From positions 1 to 55,218 of IMG/VR virus record IMGVR_UViG_3300023179_000132: DNA of 55,218 nucleotides, one strand, 5' to 3'. Origin of the DNA: a virus (lineage: Duplodnaviria > Caudoviricetes). A program made the translations under genes and the position numbers. Every line of letters begins with the position of its first letter. Position 1 is the stretch's first letter. The notes beneath the pieces are model-generated. The model was given only the letters and a program-made list of their open reading frames with translations. It was not told where the DNA came from and did no database searches. Positions 37,303 to 44,154 of this stretch are shown here, one piece after another.

Positions 37303-38525
37303 TGGCTGCGGATAATGAACTCCGGTTAATAAGCCGTGCAATACGTACTCGGGATATAACTAGCATCCTTGAGTACGGATTACAAGATGATTGGTTCTAT
37401 GTAGAAGAGAACCGTGCTGTCTGGAAGTTTATTCGTCAACATTGGGTTAAGTACTCAGAAGTACCTACAGCTGTGACGGTCAAAGATAACTTTCCTACCT
37501 ATCGTCTTTTACAAGTCGACGACTCTATTGAGTATCTGCTTGATCAACTAGTTGAATATCGCAAGCGTCAAAAAGCAATTGAGATTGTACAAGATGCTGC
37601 AGAGGCCATAGCTTCTGGTGACCATGGCGTTGCAATTAGTTCTATGAGCGCCGGGCTTGCAAAGATTCTTGATGAGGGTCTTGGCACTACAAATGACATC
37701 AACCTTAGTAATAATCCGCTAGATCGTTACGACGAGTACCTTGCAGTAAAGACGCGCCCTAACGGTTTGATTGGTATGTCCACCGGATTTACTTTGATTG
37801 ATCAAGCTACAGCAGGGTTGCAGCCGGGCCAGCTTGTTGTGATTATTGCTCCACCAAAGACTGGTAAATCTGTGATTGCATTACAGACCGCAGTTAACTT
37901 GCACGAAGATGGCTTTGTACCTATGTTCCAGTCCTTTGAGATGAGCAACCATGAGCAACAAACTCGTCACGACGCAATGCGCTCTAACATTTCACACGCT
38001 CGCCTTACCCGCGGTGCTTTGAAGACAGACGAAGAAGCCCGCTATCAAAAGGCTCTCAAGCGTATGGAGACCATGCACAACTTCTACCTAACAGATAGCT
38101 CATCGGCAGCAACAATGTCAGGACTTGCTGCTAAGGTAGAGAAACTACAACCAGACGTAGTATTTGTGGACGGTGTGTATCTTATGATTGATGAGATTAG
38201 TGGGGAGCAAAATAATGCTCAGGCACTTACTAACATCACTCGTAACTTGAAGCGCCTAGCACAAAAGATACAAAAACCCATTGTAGTAACTACTCAGGTT
38301 CTTGAGTGGAAGATGAAGAAAGGCCGTGTCTCTGCTGGAGCCATCGGCTACTCATCATCGTTCTTCCAGGACGCTGACGTTATCCTTGCTCTAGAGCGGC
38401 AAGATCCGGAAGATGACTCATCTCGTCTATTTCGTGTCGAAGCCAGCCGTAACTGTGGCAAGGTAGAAGTAGAGTTACTTTGGGATTGGGAAAACGGAAA
38501 GTTCCAAGAATACGCAACACCATAA
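37302..38525 (+). CDS. dnaB: DnaB-like replicative helicase
   Basis: STGF..ID..T.GLQPGQL, APPKTGKS, SFEMS, VVFVDG.YLM, QDADV..AL; start at ATG 37302 after GGAGGG. Confidence 0.92.
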   Translation: MAADNELRLISRAIRTRDITSILEYGLQDDWFYVEENRAVWKFIRQHWVKYSEVPTAVTVKDNFPTYRLLQVDDSIEYLLDQLVEYRKRQKAIEIVQDAAEAIASGDHGVAISSMSAGLAKILDEGLGTTNDINLSNNPLDRYDEYLAVKTRPNGLIGMSTGFTLIDQATAGLQPGQLVVIIAPPKTGKSVIALQTAVNLHEDGFVPMFQSFEMSNHEQQTRHDAMRSNISHARLTRGALKTDEEARYQKALKRMETMHNFYLTDSSSAATMSGLAAKVEKLQPDVVFVDGVYLMIDEISGEQNNAQALTNITRNLKRLAQKIQKPIVVTTQVLEWKMKKGRVSAGAIGYSSSFFQDADVILALERQDPEDDSSRLFRVEASRNCGKVEVELLWDWENGKFQEYATP

Positions 38526-38543
38526 AAACCTAGGAGGGTTACT

Positions 38544-38792
38544 ATGCCAGAGGCACCATCATTTGACGGATCACAGCTGTGTGCTCAAACAGATCCTGAA
38601 ATATTTTTTCCACATCCATCCGATCGAGCAGGCATTGCTGCAGCAAAAGAAATCTGTAATCAATGTCCTTTTATTGAACTTTGTTTGAAGTACGCATTAA
38701 GTGAGCCTTCTATACAAGGTATCTGGGGTGGTACGACTCAGCGTCAACGCGAAACACTACGTTCAAAGCTAAGGAAGATGCAGAATGTTTAA
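38544..38792 (+). CDS. whiB: WhiB-family transcription factor
   Basis: C..TDPE.FFP...AK.IC..CP....C..YAL...GIWGG. Confidence 0.93.
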   Translation: MPEAPSFDGSQLCAQTDPEIFFPHPSDRAGIAAAKEICNQCPFIELCLKYALSEPSIQGIWGGTTQRQRETLRSKLRKMQNV

Positions 38793-38997
38793 ATTTACTC
38801 GGGAAAGCTGCTTAGATAATTGGCAGCGCACTTTGTGGGATGCTGCACAGGAAGAAATCAAAGAGCGTGTGAGGGAAATTCATAGGCCTATCAACGGGCC
38901 TGCTGATGACATTACTTGTTCAGAGTGTGCCGTTGACGAGAACAATTACCCGCAATACCCATGCTCAACAATCAAAGCGTTAGACGGTGAGCAGTAA
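38785..38997 (+). CDS. hypothetical protein (H...CxxC...YPC..IKALDGEQ)
   Basis: Overlaps its neighbours; possible Zn ligands. Confidence 0.7.
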   Translation: MFKFTRESCLDNWQRTLWDAAQEEIKERVREIHRPINGPADDITCSECAVDENNYPQYPCSTIKALDGEQ

Positions 38998-39203
38998 TGG
39001 CACAACAAAACTATACAGTTGGTGATTCATTTAAAGTTACTATACAAGACGGTACAATGACTATCCGTCATGACGGCTACGATAAAGCATTGGCTGCCAT
39101 CGAGCGAGTTCGGGAATTGTTAGCCGAACTAGAAAGTACAGGCGAAATGGTTTCGCCCTATTTAGTTGCCAAACAATTTTCTAAAGCGTTAGACGGTGAG
39201 CAG
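38974..39203 (+). repeat. 21-bp identical direct repeat AAAGCGTTAGACGGTGAGCAG (38974-38994 and 39183-39203)
   Basis: Read directly; both copies encode KALDGEQ at the ends of adjacent genes. Confidence 0.9.
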
Positions 39204-39209
39204 GAGTGA
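38997..39209 (+). CDS. hypothetical protein (AIERVREL...KALDGEQE)
   Basis: TAATG coupling; C-terminus paralogous to the upstream gene. Confidence 0.7.
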   Translation: MAQQNYTVGDSFKVTIQDGTMTIRHDGYDKALAAIERVRELLAELESTGEMVSPYLVAKQFSKALDGEQE

Positions 39210-39427
39210 GTCAGTATTGGTCATGGCTACTAGCACTAATTGGTGTTACAGGTATGTTCTTTGTAGGCAAAAAGAATATGCTGGGCTGGCTTGTTCTTCT
39301 AGTAAATGAGTGTCTGTGGATAATGTATGCACTTGTTACTAAGCAGTACGGGTTTATAGTCATGGCTTTGGCGTATGCTACTGTGTACATCAAGTCTTAT
39401 GTATCTTGGAAAAAGGAGGAGAAATGA
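39206..39427 (+). CDS. small three-helix membrane protein, PnuC-like half-transporter candidate
   Basis: W.W.L..IG..G.F..GKK...GW.......LW..YA....YG.......Y....I.SY..WK. Confidence 0.6.
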   Translation: MSQYWSWLLALIGVTGMFFVGKKNMLGWLVLLVNECLWIMYALVTKQYGFIVMALAYATVYIKSYVSWKKEEK

Positions 39428-40398
39428 TACTTACTGACGATAAAGTAAAAGCCGTCCTTGTTAATCTTAATATTGAGATTGAACGTGAACGCGGAGACGA
39501 GATAACTGCTTTATGCCCAGGGCATGAGCTTCGTACCGGCAAGGTAGATCAGAACCCATCATGGTCAATAAATACCGAGACTGGCGTACACCACTGTTTT
39601 TCTTGTGGCTATAAAGGCAATCTTTTAACTCTTGTAGCAGAACAAAAAGAGTTCTACACTGAGTGGAATCGACTAGACCTTGAGGGCGCAAAGGCCTGGT
39701 TACGTCAGCATTCAACTATTGATCTTCCTATGCTTATAAAGCAGATGCAAGAAGTTAAAGACTCTTACATTGTTATTCCAAAGCCAGTGCCAATGAGTGA
39801 AGCACGTCTTGCCTTGTTCTCTCATAGTATTCCTAAGAACGCTTTAGACTCTCGTCTATTATCGCAAGAGTCCTGCAGCAAGTACGGAGTTCTTTGGGAT
39901 ACAGAAAACAGCCGTTGGATATTGCCTATCCGCACTTGGGAAGATAATGACCTAATGGGCTGGCAAGAAAAAGGATATCGTGAGCGTTACTTTAAGAATC
40001 GCCCTACCGGTATAGCTAAGAGTAAGACGTTATTTAACAGCAAAGATACTTCCTATAACAAGCGTATGGTTGTTGTAGAAAGCCCCCTTGATGCCGTGCG
40101 GCTATACGCTGCGGGTATATCAGGAGGTGTAGCCACTTTTGGTACAGCAGTAAGTCCTGAGCAACTACACATCTTACGAAAAGCAGAAGACTTGATTTTT
40201 GCTTTTGACAATGATGATGCCGGACGTACCGCAGCTTTACGTATGCTAGACTTAAGTCGCAAGACAGGTTTTGAATGCAAGTTCTTTAACTATTCTGGGA
40301 TTGACCAGAAAGATATTGGCGGCATGATGGATAACGAGATCTATAAAGGTCTTGAAACTGCAAAACATTGCGTACTTGGCAAAGCCGCAATTCTTTAG
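39424..40398 (+). CDS. DNA primase (CHC2 zinc finger + TOPRIM)
   Basis: CPGH...CFSC; VVESPLDA; AFDNDDAG. Confidence 0.9.
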   Translation: MILTDDKVKAVLVNLNIEIERERGDEITALCPGHELRTGKVDQNPSWSINTETGVHHCFSCGYKGNLLTLVAEQKEFYTEWNRLDLEGAKAWLRQHSTIDLPMLIKQMQEVKDSYIVIPKPVPMSEARLALFSHSIPKNALDSRLLSQESCSKYGVLWDTENSRWILPIRTWEDNDLMGWQEKGYRERYFKNRPTGIAKSKTLFNSKDTSYNKRMVVVESPLDAVRLYAAGISGGVATFGTAVSPEQLHILRKAEDLIFAFDNDDAGRTAALRMLDLSRKTGFECKFFNYSGIDQKDIGGMMDNEIYKGLETAKHCVLGKAAIL

Positions 40399-40407
40399 TG
40401 AGGGTTA

Positions 40408-41967
40408 ATGTTTACAGGGAACTTACATCCATACCAGGTTGAAGCCGTAGATAAGATGTGCGCTCAGGGCCACATGCTTGTAGCTTATGACCTTGGCTTG
40501 GGTAAGACCGTGTTAACAATTGCCGCAATAGAGCGTCTACGTGAAGAGGGAAAGATAGAAGGTCCCGGGTTAGTAATTTGTCTTTCAAGTCTTAAGTACC
40601 AATGGGCTAATGCTATTGATAAGTTTACGGACTATACGTCTTTCCCTGTTGTAATCGATGGAACCCCAAAGCAACGTCAACAGCAATACTCTCAATATAA
40701 AGATTCACAAGTTGACTATATAATTATGAATTATGAGCAAGTAGTTTCTGATTGGGAATTTGTACGAAAGCTGCCTCGAGCTTTTGTTATAGCTGACGAA
40801 GCTACGGCTATTAAAAGCTTTAGGGCTAAGAGGTCTAAAGCTGTAAAGAAATTAAAGTCTCCTTATACGTTTGCTCTTACCGGAACCCCGGTAGAAAACG
40901 GTAAGCCAGAAGAACTCTTTTCAATCATGGAGTTTGTTGATCCTAATGTTTTAGGGCGCTTTGACGTATTTGAAGAACGGCACATAGTCCGCAATTATTT
41001 TGGGGGAATTGAACGGTACAAGAATCTACCGGTACTCCATGAAAAAGTATCAAAAGCATCTGTACGTAAGCGGCAGCAAGACCCAGACGTAGCTCCATAT
41101 CTTCCAGAAGCTATCAATGCTGCTCCTATCTTAATTCCTTTTGACCGACCTACTCAGGGTCTTTACAACAGTATTGTTGATGAGCTATTAGAAGATCTAG
41201 ACGAGGCCATAGCCAATTTCAGTACCCTAAGCCTATTCTCAGAGAACTATGGGGATAAAGAATCTAATGAAATTCGTGGTCGAATTATGTCTAAGCTGGT
41301 TTCCTTGCGCATGCTATGCGATCATCCATTACTTTTACAATCAAGCGCAGAACTATATAACTCAACCAAATTTGGAGTAAAAGGATCTCAGTACGCCTCA
41401 GAACTTTTAGAGCAGGGAAGGCTGCCAAAGACTATAAAAGCTCCTAAACTAGATGTATTGAAGGAGACCGTCGTTGAGTTTCTAGGCTCTAACAGCGACA
41501 ACAAGCTAGTTGTGTTTACTAGCTTTGTTTCAATGACAGAGATCATTAAGAAAGAGCTAGAAGCATTTGGGGCAAACACTTATACCGGTAAGATGAACGC
41601 TAAGGAAAAAGAGTATGCCAAAGTCGATTTTCAGACTAACCCTAATACTCGTATCCTTATTAGTTCTGACGCTGGCGGGTATGGCGTGGATCTGCCTCAG
41701 GCTAACCTACTCATTAATTACGACCTTCCGTGGAATGCGGGATTGGCTACTCAACGAAATGGCCGTATTAAAAGGGCATCTAGTACCTGGGAAAAAGTTG
41801 TAATCCAAGACCTACTTATGCTAGGGTCAATAGAAGAGCGTCAATATGAAATGCTCCAACAAAAATTGTCAGTAGCAGACGCTATTGTTGATGGTGAGGG
41901 CATTGATACTGCCGGAGGGCTAGACTTAACAGTTGGGTCACTTCGACAATTCTTGCACTCAATTTGA
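40408..41967 (+). CDS. SNF2-family helicase
   Basis: LHPYQ, DLGLGKT, ADEAT, LTGTPVEN, SDAGGYGVDL, QRNGRIKR. Confidence 0.93.
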   Translation: MFTGNLHPYQVEAVDKMCAQGHMLVAYDLGLGKTVLTIAAIERLREEGKIEGPGLVICLSSLKYQWANAIDKFTDYTSFPVVIDGTPKQRQQQYSQYKDSQVDYIIMNYEQVVSDWEFVRKLPRAFVIADEATAIKSFRAKRSKAVKKLKSPYTFALTGTPVENGKPEELFSIMEFVDPNVLGRFDVFEERHIVRNYFGGIERYKNLPVLHEKVSKASVRKRQQDPDVAPYLPEAINAAPILIPFDRPTQGLYNSIVDELLEDLDEAIANFSTLSLFSENYGDKESNEIRGRIMSKLVSLRMLCDHPLLLQSSAELYNSTKFGVKGSQYASELLEQGRLPKTIKAPKLDVLKETVVEFLGSNSDNKLVVFTSFVSMTEIIKKELEAFGANTYTGKMNAKEKEYAKVDFQTNPNTRILISSDAGGYGVDLPQANLLINYDLPWNAGLATQRNGRIKRASSTWEKVVIQDLLMLGSIEERQYEMLQQKLSVADAIVDGEGIDTAGGLDLTVGSLRQFLHSI

Positions 41968-41981
41968 TAGTAGTATAGGAT
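41953..41981 (+). promoter_or_regulatory. SigA-type promoter candidate
   Basis: TTGCAC-N17-TAGGAT upstream of the RHH gene. Confidence 0.55.
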
Positions 41982-41993
41982 GTGGAGAGGGCT

Positions 41994-42149
41994 ATGGCAC
42001 AAGGAGACTTAGTGAACAACCAGACCCCGACTAGAACAGTCAGAGTATCTGATGAGCTTTGGAACGCAGCTAAAGAAAAAGCTGCAGAAGAAGGAATCAC
42101 AGTTACTGACGTTCTAATAACTGCATTAGAAGAATTTGTAGAAAGTTAA
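41994..42149 (+). CDS. ribbon-helix-helix DNA-binding protein (51 aa), not in ORF track
   Basis: TPTRTVRVSDELWNAAKEKAAEEGITVTDVLITALEEFV; GGAGAGG RBS. A GTG start at 42012 is also possible. Confidence 0.85.
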   Translation: MAQGDLVNNQTPTRTVRVSDELWNAAKEKAAEEGITVTDVLITALEEFVES

Positions 42150-42166
42150 ACAACTAGGAGGGCAAT

Positions 42167-42616
42167 ATGCCAGAAGTAATTGGTAAAGAAGATCTGCCAA
42201 CAGCAGATGATTTCGGTGTGACTAATCTTGAATCTATGTTCAAAGAGTACGTGCACATCAAAAAGAACATTGATGATTTAACCTCACGTCAAAACATCAT
42301 CAAGAAAGAGCTTCTTTCTTTTGTAGACGCTAACGGCTTAGAAGATGATAAAGGCCACAAGTGGTTTGATATGCCTGCTTATGGCGGTTACGCCGGTATG
42401 CAGAAACAGCGTCGCGTATCTCAGACCTTAGACGAAGAAGCTGCGCAAGAACTACTTCGTGAAAAGGGATTGTCAGCACGTTGCTTCCAGCTAAAGCCAG
42501 TGCTTGATGAAGAAGAAGTTATGGCTTGTTTTTATGAAGGCTTGCTAACAGAAGAGGACATAGATACTATGTTCCCTAAGAAAGTTACAAACGCCTTTTT
42601 GCTTACTAAGGAATAG
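42167..42616 (+). CDS. hypothetical protein with N-terminal coiled coil
   Basis: AGGAGGG RBS; acidic, helical. Confidence 0.8.
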   Translation: MPEVIGKEDLPTADDFGVTNLESMFKEYVHIKKNIDDLTSRQNIIKKELLSFVDANGLEDDKGHKWFDMPAYGGYAGMQKQRRVSQTLDEEAAQELLREKGLSARCFQLKPVLDEEEVMACFYEGLLTEEDIDTMFPKKVTNAFLLTKE

Positions 42617-42620
42617 TCAT

Positions 42621-42746
42621 ATGTCATACATGAAGCGCTACCTTGAAGACAACCCACATATCTGCTGGAATTGTGACAAAGCATTTAAAGAATTACTAGA
42701 CCTAAAAGCACATCAGAGGGAGTACCACGGTGTCGAATCTAACTGA
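42621..42746 (+). CDS. 41-aa single C2H2 zinc-finger microprotein, not in ORF track
   Basis: HICWNCDKAFKELLDLKAHQREYH = C-x2-C-x3-F-x5-L-x2-H-x4-H; AAGGA RBS. Confidence 0.75.
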   Translation: MSYMKRYLEDNPHICWNCDKAFKELLDLKAHQREYHGVESN

Positions 42747-42885
42747 GGAACGCCTTATACAATTAGTCTCTGAAGGACTTAAGGCTTGGGACCCTTTGCT
42801 ATTTGCTCGCACAGAGGATAGTATGGGTGCAGCATTTATAGCCATAGACATATTTAAAAAAGCGATGGAAGGTTCTATTAAGTAA
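42730..42885 (+). CDS. 51-aa hypothetical protein, not in ORF track
   Basis: GAGGGAG RBS, GTG start, TAATG coupling to the next gene. Confidence 0.6.
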   Translation: MSNLTEERLIQLVSEGLKAWDPLLFARTEDSMGAAFIAIDIFKKAMEGSIK

Positions 42886-43361
42886 TGAGTACAGACCCAT
42901 TTGAGGATATCTTCGGATCCCTTGATGAGTTTTACCCAGGCTCTAAGAAGAAACGCCGTCCGGTAGACCCAAAGGTAGAGAGCAAAAAGAAAGCTGCAGA
43001 AGACCAAGATTCTTGGGATTCATCTCCGCAGTTGAAAACTTTACCAAATGGTACTACAGTAGAACTATTCAGCGCAGGCACTTTCGCAAGTGCGTTGGGT
43101 AGGCCACTAGTTACTATACGATTGTGGGAGCGTAAGGGATACATTCCTCGTGCCCCTTATCGACTAAAGTCGATTATAGTAAACGGTGAAAAGAAGCCGG
43201 GCTGGCGCATGTACAGCCGTGCTATGATTGAAAGTGCAATACAAAGCTTTCAATCCAGAAGCCTCCTAGAGGCTCCTCGGATTGATTGGGATCGACATAC
43301 AGACCTCTCTATGGAATTATTTGAGAGCTGGACGAAGATCCACAGCCAAGAAACCGAATAA
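42885..43361 (+). CDS. MerR-like HTH DNA-binding protein
   Basis: FS.G..A.ALGR..VTIRLWERKGYIP...G.R.YS..MI. Confidence 0.8.
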   Translation: MSTDPFEDIFGSLDEFYPGSKKKRRPVDPKVESKKKAAEDQDSWDSSPQLKTLPNGTTVELFSAGTFASALGRPLVTIRLWERKGYIPRAPYRLKSIIVNGEKKPGWRMYSRAMIESAIQSFQSRSLLEAPRIDWDRHTDLSMELFESWTKIHSQETE

Positions 43362-43400
43362 CCAAAAACGCCTTATGGCCTAACAGAAAGTAAGAAACCA

Positions 43401-44084
43401 ATGGTAAACCGCAATACAAACGTCAACTCATACCTAGATGATGAAGTTGACACCTCAGTAGCAGTTAATGACATTTTTGAAACTGAGGATGAAGACGAAG
43501 TAGCAGAACGCTCTTCTGTAGTTCAGGTTGGCTGGGCAGCAGCTAAGAAAGTTGCAGCAAAGGTCAGCAAGTCATACGCATCTGATTTTAAGTTTGAAGA
43601 AGATGTTCAACTCATTAAGTTCCTTTCAGCAGAACCTATGAGTTTCTCACAGCACTGGGTACAGCGCACAGGCAAGAAGTCTTTTGTCTGTCTAGGTACT
43701 TCACAGTGTCCTCTATGCCGTGCAGGTAACAAAGCAGAAAACAAGTTTGCTTTCTCAATTGTTAACTTGATGGAAGAAGAACCACAGGTACAGATGATGA
43801 CCGTAGGTCTTCGTCTTTGTGGTCAGTTAGAAAAGCTGAACAGCGATCCTAAGACCGGTCCTCTAGACCGTATCTTCTGGGCAGTTAGCAAGTCAGGTCA
43901 AGGCACCAAGACTAGCTACTCAATCATGCCAGTTAAGGAACGCGACCTCCCTGAAGATTGGGATCTTGACGCTTCTGAAGTAGCAGAGCTAATCCGTGAT
44001 CTACAGCCACTTGGTCCTGACGCATTACGCATGTCAACCAAGGCAGAGCTTACTGAGATTGCTCGCGAAATTCCAGAAGACTAA
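43401..44084 (+). CDS. single-stranded DNA-binding protein (gp32-like)
   Basis: IKFL...P..F.QHW....K.SFVC...CPLC, K.G.GTKT.Y, acidic termini; upstream of polA. Confidence 0.75.
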   Translation: MVNRNTNVNSYLDDEVDTSVAVNDIFETEDEDEVAERSSVVQVGWAAAKKVAAKVSKSYASDFKFEEDVQLIKFLSAEPMSFSQHWVQRTGKKSFVCLGTSQCPLCRAGNKAENKFAFSIVNLMEEEPQVQMMTVGLRLCGQLEKLNSDPKTGPLDRIFWAVSKSGQGTKTSYSIMPVKERDLPEDWDLDASEVAELIRDLQPLGPDALRMSTKAELTEIAREIPED

Positions 44085-44095
44085 GATCACATCCT

Positions 44096-44143
44096 GTAGG
44101 GTGCTAAGTCTCCCCCTCCTTGGCTTAGCACCCTACTTTCTTT
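44096..44143 (+). terminator. intrinsic terminator/attenuator with anti-SD loop TCCCCCTCCTT (H3) before polA
   Basis: 15-bp stem (44096-44110/44122-44136), TTTCTTT tail, then the AGGAG RBS of polA. Confidence 0.75.
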
Positions 44144-44154
44144 AGGAGAGCAAT

